Source of the DNA: Methanothrix sp.
Lineage (GTDB): Archaea > Halobacteriota > Methanosarcinia > Methanotrichales > Methanotrichaceae
NCBI GenBank assembly: GCA_963682135.1
Contig: OY821645.1
Location: forward strand, 2,112,001-2,176,000
Length of the DNA stretch: 64,000 nucleotides
Direction: 5' to 3'
Positions 29,751-38,958 of this stretch are shown here, in pieces. Under the pieces are notes generated by a model, which saw only the letters and a list, made by a program, of their open reading frames with translations, searched no databases and had not been told where the DNA came from. The position numbers were made by a program, and so were the translations under genes. Each line of letters starts with the position of its first letter. Within the stretch, counting starts at the first letter, position 1.

Positions 29751-30968
29751 ATGAGAATCTGGAGTGTATTTGGATTATTGTTTATGCTTTTTCTTCCCTT
29801 GGCAATAGAGAACTCAATGGCTAATGATGTCATAACTGAAAGCGTATCGATTCAAAACAAATCAGATCCGGTATCATGGAATAAGGAAGGCTTTGATCTA
29901 TATAACCAGGGAAAATATAATGAATCGATCCAGACCTTTGATGTGGCACTGAATATAAGTCCAAATTATGAAAATGCTTGGTATAATAAAGGCCTTGCTT
30001 TCGAGATGCTTGGTAGATATAATGATTCTATCCAGGCATATAATAGGGCCATCGAAATCAATCCCAAATTTGCAGAAGCTTGGAACGAGAGGGGCATTGT
30101 CTTCTATAACCTAGGAAAATATAATGAGTCAATCAAAGCCTATAACGAGGCCCTCAATACCAGTCCCGAATATGCAGTTGCTTGGTACAATAAGGGCCTT
30201 GCCCTCGAGAGTCTGATGAGATACAATGATTCTATCCAGGCATATGATAGGGCCATTGAAATCAATCCCAAATTTGCGGAAGCTTGGAACGAGAGAGGCA
30301 TTGTCTTCTATAACCTAGGAAAATATAATGAGTCAATCAAAGCCTATAACGAGGCCCTCAATACCAGTCCCGAATATGCAGTTGCTTGGTACAATAAGGG
30401 CCTTGCCCTCGAGAGTCTGATGAGATACAATGATTCCATCCAGGCATATAATGGGGCCATCAGAATCAATCCAAATTTCACAGAAGCTTGGGATAGTAAA
30501 AAGCGCGCATTTTATTATATGAATAACATGTATGATAGTGAGATTATAGCTCGTGCCGCTTACATTGAGGCTCTTAGAGCCAATCTAAAATCTTCGGAGA
30601 TTAGGCACTATATGGGAATTGGCAATGATGAGGAATATATAGATCAGAGGATTGATCTTAGATCAGGTGATGAAGGCGAACCTGGAGCTTTTAGTTATTC
30701 CGGAAAATCTGATTCAATTCCTACAAAATCTAATTTAGATCCTGCAATTTCAGAACCGATAAGTCATGGTATCTACAGTGAACAACCTCAATCCGATCCA
30801 CCAAAAGGAAATTCAGGAAGTACCACTTCGACGGGGAGTGGAGGAAAATCACAAGGTTCTGGGAGTACCACTTCGTCAGGTAGTGGAGGAAAATCACAAG
30901 GTTCTGGGAGTACCACTTCGACGGGGAGTGGAGGAAAATCGCAGAGCACTACCGGTAATCCTCAATAG
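29751..30968 (+). CDS. Secreted TPR protein with Gly/Ser-rich tail (AT-rich island)
   Basis: Signal peptide; AWYNKG..LGRYNDSIQAYNRAIEINP repeats. Confidence 0.9.
   Translation: MRIWSVFGLLFMLFLPLAIENSMANDVITESVSIQNKSDPVSWNKEGFDLYNQGKYNESIQTFDVALNISPNYENAWYNKGLAFEMLGRYNDSIQAYNRAIEINPKFAEAWNERGIVFYNLGKYNESIKAYNEALNTSPEYAVAWYNKGLALESLMRYNDSIQAYDRAIEINPKFAEAWNERGIVFYNLGKYNESIKAYNEALNTSPEYAVAWYNKGLALESLMRYNDSIQAYNGAIRINPNFTEAWDSKKRAFYYMNNMYDSEIIARAAYIEALRANLKSSEIRHYMGIGNDEEYIDQRIDLRSGDEGEPGAFSYSGKSDSIPTKSNLDPAISEPISHGIYSEQPQSDPPKGNSGSTTSTGSGGKSQGSGSTTSSGSGGKSQGSGSTTSTGSGGKSQSTTGNPQ
30016..30455 (+). repeat. 204-bp tandem duplication (2 TPR units), ~2.1 copies
   Basis: AATGATTCYATCCAGGCATAT at 30021, 30225 and 30429. 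Confidence 0.9.
30819..30943 (+). repeat. 45-bp tandem repeat (~3 copies) encoding GSTTSxGSGGKSQGS
   Basis: AGTACCACTTCG at 30819, 30864 and 30909. Confidence 0.9.
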
Positions 30969-31044
30969 TGCCTTGCTCAGTTCCTCTAAATGAGAGAATT
31001 CAGTTAAGCAAGCAACATCCTCTAACCAATCAGTTGTAGGGATC

Positions 31045-33378
31045 ATGGCAGAGATACGACAAGAACCAAATATCAGTAATCACTCGATAATTTGGCGGAC
31101 TTATAGATTATTGATTATACTATTGCTATTATTGGAAATAGAGAACTCAATGGCTAGTGAGATCCTGATTGAAGACATCTCGATTCAAAATGAGTCCGAT
31201 CCAGTATCATTGAATGAGGCAGGTGTTGATCTATATAACCTAGGAAAATATAATGAATCAATTGAAGCCTATGATGAGGCCCTCCTGATTGATTCAAGTT
31301 ATAAGGTGGCGTGGTGCAATAAAGGCCTTGCTCTCAACGTGCTTGGCAGATATAATGATTCTCTTCTGGCATATAATGAGGCCATCGAAATCGACTCCAA
31401 ATACGCAGCGGCTTGGAACGGGAAAGGCCGTGTCTTCTCTAACCTCGACAGATATAATGAATCAATTGAAGCCTATGATGAGGCCCTCAATACCAGTCCC
31501 GAATATGCAGTGGCTTGGTACAATAAAGGCGTTTCTCTCGAGAAGCTTGGCAGATATAATGATTCCATCCAGGCATATGATAAGGCCATAAAAATCAACC
31601 AAAATTTTGCGGATGCTTGGTTTAACAAAGGCAATATTTTATATAAACAAAAAAAATATAATGAATCAATTAATGCTTATGACGAAACCCTGCATATCGA
31701 CTCAAAATATGCTGATGCCTGGGATGGCAAAGGTCTTGCCTACTACAAGAGTCACAAATACAATGAATCCATTAATGCCTACAATGAAGCCATAAAAATC
31801 AATCCAGATTATATAAAAGCTTTGAATAATAAAGGCGTTACCTTATATGTCATTGGCAACTATAGCGACTCAATTGATGCCTATGACGAAGCAATTAATA
31901 TCGATCCTAAATATGAAAATGCTTGGTACAACAAGGGTCTAGCCTTCTATGAACTTGCCAAGTATAATGAATCCAAATGGGCCTTTGATAATGCAATCAG
32001 GATTAATAAAACCTCTATTAACGCTTGGAATGGCAAAGGCAATTCCCTTCAAAAGCTAAATCGCACCCCTGAAGCTGCCATTGCCTATGCAAGAGCTAAA
32101 GACCTTGATCCGAATAATAGGAAAGATGCCATATCCATTTCGTTTTTAGTTGTCTATATAATGATATTAATAGTAGGATGCTATTTTTCTAAAAAGTGTG
32201 TCATTTCTACTGAAGTGATAATATTCGCCATGAATCTGCTGGGATTCTTATCTTATTGCTGGATATTATCGGGTTTATATGACTTTAAATCCGTAGAATT
32301 GTTTTTACTTTATGGTTTTTTAGCAAGCGCGGTTACTATAATTCTCTGGGCATCATTGGGCGTTCCCCTGGATAATTTATGGCTGAGGTTAGTCGATTCT
32401 TTCTCTGTATCCAGGCAAAAGAGCTGTATCTCCCCCCAAATAGAAAAATCAATCTGTTTCATAGCCATAATTACTTATGCCGCTATTTCCAGCGCATTCT
32501 ATCTTCGTTCGGTTGAATCTGAAGGAGGCACGCTATACTTGCTCAAATCTGCATTTGTCTTGATATTCTTGGTTGATTTGGCAATTACGCTTCCATCAAT
32601 AATTATAAAGCTTATGTCGATATATATTGATCATGATACGCGTAACCTTTTTCTTATCCTGCAATTCGGGTATCTGTCCATAAATGCCCTGCTTATATCG
32701 GTAATTCTTTGGGTTTTTGGAGTCAGTCGCGAAGTCCTAGACGTTTCTTCTTTGTTCCAGTTAATCATTATTCTTTTGCTGGTACTTACATTTCTATTTC
32801 CCTACCTATCTGGATGGCAGCGCGAGAAAAAATGGCGTGAATTATTGTTAACGACGCGACATGCTTGGATCGAAGAGTTGCTGGACATCTGTGAGTTTCC
32901 AACTCCATCACTATATCCCTCGAGACTTAAGACATTCTTTGATAAAATCAAAGATTATAAAGATAATTTCGAGAGAGATGCACTAATAAAAAATAATAAA
33001 AAATATATTCGCGATATAAAAACAAAGAGCTGTAGAAATATTTACGATGTAGCAATCAGAAGGAATGATCCCTGCACCAGCCATCAAGATTTCCTGAATA
33101 AATTCCAGGAGAATCTACAGGAGTTTTCAACCCAAATAGAGACACTAAAGGCTGATCAAGCCGAGATAACAAAATTGGGAGGCACTTACGCAAATCTATA
33201 TCGCACAAGGAAGGACGAAATTGCCAAAATGATTGAAACGGAAAGAAACTCCAAGCCCCTTTTATGGATTGGCTTGACATCTTTCCTTACTACGATCTTG
33301 GCTGCTTTATTGACCCAAATTGGGGCCTGGCTGGTTCCAAATATTATTCGGCTATCCCCATTGAGTTCGGGGACTTGA
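31045..33378 (+). CDS. TPR protein fused to multi-pass membrane domain (AT-rich island)
   Basis: About 9 TPR units then several TM segments; N-terminus paralogous to the 29751 gene. Confidence 0.88.
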   Translation: MAEIRQEPNISNHSIIWRTYRLLIILLLLLEIENSMASEILIEDISIQNESDPVSLNEAGVDLYNLGKYNESIEAYDEALLIDSSYKVAWCNKGLALNVLGRYNDSLLAYNEAIEIDSKYAAAWNGKGRVFSNLDRYNESIEAYDEALNTSPEYAVAWYNKGVSLEKLGRYNDSIQAYDKAIKINQNFADAWFNKGNILYKQKKYNESINAYDETLHIDSKYADAWDGKGLAYYKSHKYNESINAYNEAIKINPDYIKALNNKGVTLYVIGNYSDSIDAYDEAINIDPKYENAWYNKGLAFYELAKYNESKWAFDNAIRINKTSINAWNGKGNSLQKLNRTPEAAIAYARAKDLDPNNRKDAISISFLVVYIMILIVGCYFSKKCVISTEVIIFAMNLLGFLSYCWILSGLYDFKSVELFLLYGFLASAVTIILWASLGVPLDNLWLRLVDSFSVSRQKSCISPQIEKSICFIAIITYAAISSAFYLRSVESEGGTLYLLKSAFVLIFLVDLAITLPSIIIKLMSIYIDHDTRNLFLILQFGYLSINALLISVILWVFGVSREVLDVSSLFQLIIILLLVLTFLFPYLSGWQREKKWRELLLTTRHAWIEELLDICEFPTPSLYPSRLKTFFDKIKDYKDNFERDALIKNNKKYIRDIKTKSCRNIYDVAIRRNDPCTSHQDFLNKFQENLQEFSTQIETLKADQAEITKLGGTYANLYRTRKDEIAKMIETERNSKPLLWIGLTSFLTTILAALLTQIGAWLVPNIIRLSPLSSGT

Positions 33379-33425
33379 TTAAGAGCAAATATATATCGCG
33401 TAGAGACTTAATTCGCGAGGCAAGA

Positions 33426-33545
33426 ATGATATCTCACCACCCCGTAGCAATAATCGACCCGATATCGAAGAGAATCGAGTCCAATATCCTTGCTTTGGAG
33501 GATGCAGATGAGCTGGAGAGGCTGGAGAAGATCTGCTGCAAATGA
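33426..33545 (+). pseudogene. Probable C-terminal remnant of the DNA ligase homologue
   Basis: IIDPISKRIESNILALEDADELERLEKI resembles the archaeal ligase terminus (RFPRxxRIRxDK..EDADTLERV); its stop overlaps the next ATG (ATGA). Confidence 0.5.
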
Positions 33546-34531
33546 TCCTCAGACCATTTGATCCCTGGAAGAGCCAGTTATGCACCTGCCCGTCCAAGTT
33601 GAGCCTGAATCCCTACACGGGATGTCCACATGGCTGCCTTTACTGCTACGCCTCATCTTACATCCCCCGCTTCACCGAGTGCCGCCACAAGGCCGATCTC
33701 TTGAGAAGACTGGCCAGAGAGTCGTCAAAGATAAAGCCAGGCACATTGGTCGCATTGTCTAATAGCTCCGATCCCTATCCGCCCCAGGAAGAAGAGCTGC
33801 GGCTCAGCCGGAGATGTTTGCAGATCTTAAAAGAGCGTGGTCTTTGTGCCCAGGTGGTGACCAAATCGCATTTGGTAGCAAGAGATGCAGAGCTTCTTTC
33901 CGAGATGAAGGCCTGTGTGGCCATAACCATCACATCGCTAAGTGAATCTATCTGCTGCAAGCTGGAGCCGGGAGCGCCATCACCGGCGAGACGTCTTGAA
34001 GCTATGGCGAAACTGTCGGCAAAGGGAGTTGCAGTCTCGGCCAGAATAGATCCTATCATTCCCGGCATAAACGATACAGAGATCGAGCAATTGGCAGCCG
34101 CGGTCTCACGGGCGGGAGCCTTGCATATTACCACCTCGACTCTTAAGGCCCGACCGGAAGCCATGAAAAAGATCATCTCCGCCTTTCCCCTGGAGGGAGC
34201 GACCTTAGAGGGCCTGTTTGCCCGAGGAAGCAAAGTTGCAGGAAGCCGCTACCTTCCCGAAGAGATGAGACGCATTTTGATGCAGAAGGTAAAAGAGAGT
34301 GCACGACGAGAGGGCGTGACGTTCTCCACTTGCCGGGAAGGATGGGCAGGGGTTCCGGGAATAAGCTGCGATGGATCTCATTTATTGTCTGCAGTTGGCA
34401 ATCGTGATCATAATCCCCTTATTTCAATCGACGAACTAAACCATAAAAATAATACAGAGGGACAGGGACACAGCCTTCGGTTTTGCTGCCGGCCCCCCAT
34501 CATCAGCCCCGCCCATGAAGAAAGGGCATAA
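33542..34531 (+). CDS. Radical SAM protein, spore photoproduct lyase (SPL)-like family
   Basis: FDPWKSQLCTCP, NPYTGCPHGCLYCY, SNSSDPYP, LEPGAPSPARR, RIDPIIPGIND. Confidence 0.9.
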   Translation: MILRPFDPWKSQLCTCPSKLSLNPYTGCPHGCLYCYASSYIPRFTECRHKADLLRRLARESSKIKPGTLVALSNSSDPYPPQEEELRLSRRCLQILKERGLCAQVVTKSHLVARDAELLSEMKACVAITITSLSESICCKLEPGAPSPARRLEAMAKLSAKGVAVSARIDPIIPGINDTEIEQLAAAVSRAGALHITTSTLKARPEAMKKIISAFPLEGATLEGLFARGSKVAGSRYLPEEMRRILMQKVKESARREGVTFSTCREGWAGVPGISCDGSHLLSAVGNRDHNPLISIDELNHKNNTEGQGHSLRFCCRPPIISPAHEERA

Positions 34532-34682
34532 ATTGCGATGCGGTCCCTTAATTGTGGTCTTAGCCCATGAAAGTCTATTTATATGAAGAATAACTAGACT
34601 TGACGACAATTCTTCTCAAAGGGGAGGATGTTCAAACTACAGTCATAAATGCTATGCGCTAGAGGAATAGGAGGTATTCAAT

Positions 34683-35498
34683 ATGAAGAAAGTTTTGGCT
34701 ATCACTGTGGCCCTCATGATAGCAGCCATCGTTTTAATGCCTGCTTTGGGGTACACTAATCAAGCTGCAGGAAATCAAAATTATACTGCAAAATCAGGAA
34801 ATCCAGTCGAATACAGCTTAAAAACAATAAATGTTCCCGCCCACAACCTGACTCCGGATATGGTGGTAAACAAGTATTCTTTCAAGTCTGCGGGCGTTGC
34901 GAGCACCAGGATGCCCTACTCGTTCCAGCAGGGAGCTGCCTCACCATACTCCTTTAAACTGGTGGGTGTCGAGAACGCAGTTGCCCAGGGCATGAAGACC
35001 GTGAAGCCGACCGCTAAGCTGGGCAGCATGATGAAGGAAGCTGCACCTGTTAATGAACCAGTAGCCGAGGCCGCAGTTGCACCCGTGGCTGAGCCTGTAG
35101 TCGAGCCGCTCACCTTCTCGATTGAAGGAAAGGTAGTTGATAGCAATCAAACCGGCTTGGCCGGCTGGACCATGAACCTGACAAAGGATGGAGCAGTTAT
35201 CAATAGCGTTCCAACAGCTGCAGACGGCAAGTTTGCCTTCCCAGAACTGGCTGCTGGAGAGTACACAGTCTCCGAGCTCCTCATGGAGGGCTGGAATGTT
35301 GTCTCCCCCGCAGAGGGAATGTCTGTCGTGAACATCACCGATGCCAGCGTGACCGATCTGGTATTTGTAAATCAGCTCGTGCCAGTTGTTGCAGCCGCAC
35401 CTGTGGTAGTCGAGCCCGTTGTTGCGGGAAACGTGACCGCTCCAGCCAATGACACTATACCCAGCAACGCTACCGCAGCGATCAATACCACTGTGTAG
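34683..35498 (+). CDS. Secreted protein with Cna-B/SdrD-B-like domain
   Basis: Signal peptide; GLAGWTMNL..TAADGKFAFPELAAGEYTVSE; AGGAGG RBS. Confidence 0.82.
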   Translation: MKKVLAITVALMIAAIVLMPALGYTNQAAGNQNYTAKSGNPVEYSLKTINVPAHNLTPDMVVNKYSFKSAGVASTRMPYSFQQGAASPYSFKLVGVENAVAQGMKTVKPTAKLGSMMKEAAPVNEPVAEAAVAPVAEPVVEPLTFSIEGKVVDSNQTGLAGWTMNLTKDGAVINSVPTAADGKFAFPELAAGEYTVSELLMEGWNVVSPAEGMSVVNITDASVTDLVFVNQLVPVVAAAPVVVEPVVAGNVTAPANDTIPSNATAAINTTV

Positions 35499-35519
35499 AA
35501 TCCTATCAATAAATAATGA

Positions 35520-35552
35520 CCCTGGCTTTCCAGGGCCCCTCATTTCTTTTTT
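35520..35552 (+). terminator. Hairpin plus T-run terminator
   Basis: CCCTGG-CTTT-CCAGGG then TTTCTTTTTT. Confidence 0.65.
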
Positions 35553-35615
35553 CGCTCAACCAATAATCTTTCATAGGTTGAAGGGCAATAAGGTATTGAT
35601 TTCAGGTTTTGGGGG

Positions 35616-35999
35616 ATGTTTGTGAAAACGAAAGCAATGTGCATGTTAATGGGCCTTTTTGCGCTAATACTGGCCGCACCAGTCTATGCATCAGGATTTT
35701 ACGGGTCAGGTCCCTGTGAAGCAAGAAATGCAATCGAAGCATACTGCATGAATCATGGAGGATGTCCTAAAGACGGATACTGCTATTTTCCGGACGGTAG
35801 CTTCTGTGAGCTTCGATCCTTTTACAATGGAACCTGCCCGGGAAGAGAGTACTACGAGCAGGCCATGTGGATGGCAGAAGCCTACCGCTTCCTTTACGAC
35901 GACGGGATATACAGCGCTCCTTACATACCCAACACGTACCCATACAATTATCCCTATTACTATCGACCAACCTATGCATCTGGATATGGCATGCAGTAA
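35616..35999 (+). CDS. Small secreted DUF333-like Cys-rich protein with Tyr-rich tail
   Basis: AYCMNHGG..GYCYFPDGSFCELRSFYNGTC. Confidence 0.75.
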   Translation: MFVKTKAMCMLMGLFALILAAPVYASGFYGSGPCEARNAIEAYCMNHGGCPKDGYCYFPDGSFCELRSFYNGTCPGREYYEQAMWMAEAYRFLYDDGIYSAPYIPNTYPYNYPYYYRPTYASGYGMQ

Positions 36000-36109
36000 T
36001 TGTGGTGTAAATATCCAATAAGTGGAATAGATAGATAAGTGAAATGGAAAGTCGATAAATGAAGGAGGGGGTGAAAAATCGTCCCCATCCCATTAATCGC
36101 TTTGCATCT

Positions 36110-36769
36110 TCAAGACAGGATGTCACGCTTGAAGTTCTCGAAGCCGATCTCCTCAATGAACTCGCCCAGACGCTGTTTCTTGGCGTGGTCCTTGTAGTAA
36201 TTGATTATTTTATCAATTAACGAGAGGACCTCTTCATCGGAAAGATTCTCAGCCAGCATCACTCCCAGTCGAGGCTTGACACCGCTGCTACCACCGACCA
36301 GAAGCCTCCATCCTTTTGACATTCCGATCAAGCCGATATCTTTTACGGCCGGCTCAGCGCAGGAGTTTGCGCATCCGGATACGCCAATCTTGAATTTCCA
36401 GGGCAGCGGCATGCCATGATATAATTCATCCAGCTTCAAGCCTACTCCCACAGAATCCTGCTGGCCTCGCTTGCAGAAAGTGGTTCCTGGACAGATCTTG
36501 ATGCTTCGCACACATAGACCAATAGCGGCCCCGGCCTTCATTCCCAGATCCTTCCAGGCATCATCGATATCTTTGGGATCAATTCCAACGATGGCGATTC
36601 TCTGCGCGGAGGTGATCTTGAGAACTTTGGCGTTGTATTTCTCTGCTACATCGGCAATCCGGCGCAAACCGGCAGGATCTATTATGCCGCCTGCGATATG
36701 TGGCGCTATGGCATAGGTCTCTTTGTCCCTCTGCACAATTGCGCCCTTTTCCAGAATATCTTTAGACAT
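36110..36769 (-). CDS. Small nitrite/sulfite reductase-like siroheme-[4Fe-4S] protein
   Basis: KITSAQRI, CPGTTFC, KFKIGVSGCANSC; start MSKDILEKGA. Confidence 0.88.
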   Translation of the reverse strand: MSKDILEKGAIVQRDKETYAIAPHIAGGIIDPAGLRRIADVAEKYNAKVLKITSAQRIAIVGIDPKDIDDAWKDLGMKAGAAIGLCVRSIKICPGTTFCKRGQQDSVGVGLKLDELYHGMPLPWKFKIGVSGCANSCAEPAVKDIGLIGMSKGWRLLVGGSSGVKPRLGVMLAENLSDEEVLSLIDKIINYYKDHAKKQRLGEFIEEIGFENFKRDILS

Positions 36770-36978
36770 GGTCTTGAGTTCACCAATTAACTGCACAGTT
36801 CTTCCCGGCAAAAAGGATTTCTCCATAACAATCAAGAAAAAGCGCTACGAGAATTAAGCACTGCAAGATTTAAAGCATCTGATTAGAAGAGAATATGCGT
36901 CACGAGGCTTGCTGATGAGGAGCCGTTTTTATGCACCCTTCGCGGGATCAAATCCTCATCAGCATTGCTCTAAAGACA

Positions 36979-37284
36979 TCATGCGTGTGCCTTTGCCTGC
37001 GAGGCAGCCCCACTCGGCCTGCTCTTGCGGTGCCTAATGACATGGCGCGAGCGTCTTCCTGAGACCTCTTCGCTTTTTACCCACTCACCCGTCTCGTCGT
37101 CCTTCTCGTACTGCTCTTTCACGGCCGACCAGGCAGCTTCGTGAGATGCCTTCTCGCGATCTGCATCCTCAGTACTCTCTAAATCCTCCCAGCAGCTATT
37201 ATAAGCTTTCATGTAAAGGACCTTGGCGCGGCTGGGCAAATTTCGCACGCTCTTGGGCAGCTCGCTTATGCTCTCGAATGGCAT
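36979..37284 (-). CDS. chaB: ChaB family protein
   Basis: MPFESISELPKSVRNLP..YMKAYNS..HEAAWSAVKEQYEK..GEW; AGGAGGTG RBS. Confidence 0.88.
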   Translation of the reverse strand: MPFESISELPKSVRNLPSRAKVLYMKAYNSCWEDLESTEDADREKASHEAAWSAVKEQYEKDDETGEWVKSEEVSGRRSRHVIRHRKSRPSGAASQAKAHA

Positions 37285-37377
37285 CAAATACACCTCCTGT
37301 TAATGTTTGAGCTTTTTAGTAACCAGCTTACTATGAAGATCCTGGTTAAAAGGTTTTGGGATCAATGGTGTCTGGGA

Positions 37378-38733
37378 TCAAGGAGGAATGAATACCATCC
37401 CTTCCTTACTCCACAGCAACCTCCCATCGTCACCCTTGACTGCCAGTACCTGTGCATTCTCAGATTCACCCAGATTGTAGACGATAAGATCCTGCTGTCC
37501 TTCACCGGTCAGGTCCGGGCCGGGCACGGCGTAGACCAGGCCAGAAAAGGATTGCTGCCAGAGCAACTCTCCATCATATCCCTGGAGCATGACGATATCG
37601 CTACTAATCGAACCGTTCTTTGCATACTTTATGAGATAGACTAATATTTTGTCTTGCCCGTCCCCGGTCAGATCTAACACCGGCATAGCCAGTGCAGGGC
37701 CAGCAAAGCTGCGGTTCCAGAGCGTCTTGTGCTCCTGGCCGTCTCTAGCTTCAAGTATGGTGGCAGTAATGTTCAGAGGGACTTCTTCCCCAGCTCCCTT
37801 GCTGGCAATCGATCCGTTCAATTGATAAATCGCAGCAATGCTGTCTGTCACAAGATCATCTGTGAGGTTGCCGGCAGGATATTCAATTGCCAGAGCACCG
37901 GAAAACATTCTCTCCTCAAGATTTGTGCCATTGGAACCGTTTACCCGGGCAATGCTGGTGAATATTCCATTGTTCATGCTGTCCATGCCGAATACGTGCA
38001 CCAAGAATTCAGAGGCGTTGTTCCCGCTAATATCCTGGACGGGATAGGCAAAGGTCATGGCCAACATATGAGATCTGCTCCAAATAACAGTTCCATTGCT
38101 GCCGCAAATGGCGGAGACGCTGCTGTAAGGGATGAAGCTTCCTGCAGCCAGGATTTCGTTTATCATGACATCCGTTTGGCCGTCGCCATTGAGGTCACCC
38201 GCAGTTTGGGCAAAGACCAGCGAGCCAGGATACTCTCTTTGCCACAAGATACTACCGTTGCTGCCGTTAAGAGCCGCGATCTCCGAATCAAAGGCTCCTG
38301 TGCCGGCATCACTGCTGATGTTCATGACAAGGAGGTCTGTCGCATTGTCCCCATTGAGATCAGTTGCAGGAAATGCCAGGCGGATGACTTCCGGTTCACT
38401 TTGCGTCTGTGAGTAAAAGTCGGAATCATAATAGTTGTCTGCAAAATCAAGATCGCTAAATGCGTATTCTGATGATTCGAGATCTGATGAACCTGATCTT
38501 GATGAGTCTCGCTCTGTGGAATTTAAATCTAATGAATTAAAGAATGATGAAACCATCTTGGATGAATCAAAGTCTGATGAATTAATGGTAGTTTGGTTTA
38601 ATGCAGTCTGATTTAATGTCGTTTGGTTGCTTGAATTCGTAGCCAGAAGATCATCAATTGATTCGGATCCGCTGCCCACTGCGACCCCCTGGGCCAGCAA
38701 TAAAAAGCATGCAATCAAATAAAAAACAGTCAT
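37378..38733 (-). CDS. Secreted FG-GAP/VCBS-like repeat beta-propeller protein
   Basis: Signal peptide; six DLxGDGxxD-like Ca-binding repeats, G..LW blades, many N-x-S/T sequons. Confidence 0.82.
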   Translation of the reverse strand: MTVFYLIACFLLLAQGVAVGSGSESIDDLLATNSSNQTTLNQTALNQTTINSSDFDSSKMVSSFFNSLDLNSTERDSSRSGSSDLESSEYAFSDLDFADNYYDSDFYSQTQSEPEVIRLAFPATDLNGDNATDLLVMNISSDAGTGAFDSEIAALNGSNGSILWQREYPGSLVFAQTAGDLNGDGQTDVMINEILAAGSFIPYSSVSAICGSNGTVIWSRSHMLAMTFAYPVQDISGNNASEFLVHVFGMDSMNNGIFTSIARVNGSNGTNLEERMFSGALAIEYPAGNLTDDLVTDSIAAIYQLNGSIASKGAGEEVPLNITATILEARDGQEHKTLWNRSFAGPALAMPVLDLTGDGQDKILVYLIKYAKNGSISSDIVMLQGYDGELLWQQSFSGLVYAVPGPDLTGEGQQDLIVYNLGESENAQVLAVKGDDGRLLWSKEGMVFIPP

Positions 38734-38958
38734 TCTTATGTTTATTCCTCCGTCATATCTCCGATATAAATTCGTTTGCATGTTTATGAACCTTCGCTTC
38801 CTTGCCGGAAAAAGACAACTGGAGAATGGTCTTTGTGTGAGGGATCTTTTGAACTAAAAAGAGTAATTTGGCCGGGTAAAAGCTGTAAAGATCAGCAGTC
38901 CCGGCTTGATGCATGAAGATGCAATTTTTCCACTAGCCGCTTTTTCGCCTCGGATTAA

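Noticed and set aside
30819-30943. Possible CRISPR array
   Set aside because: 45-bp units without unique spacers, in frame within a CDS
36905-36970. Hammerhead ribozyme suggested by CTGATGAG on both strands
   Set aside because: No GAAA after a stem II; the word is simply part of the inverted repeat
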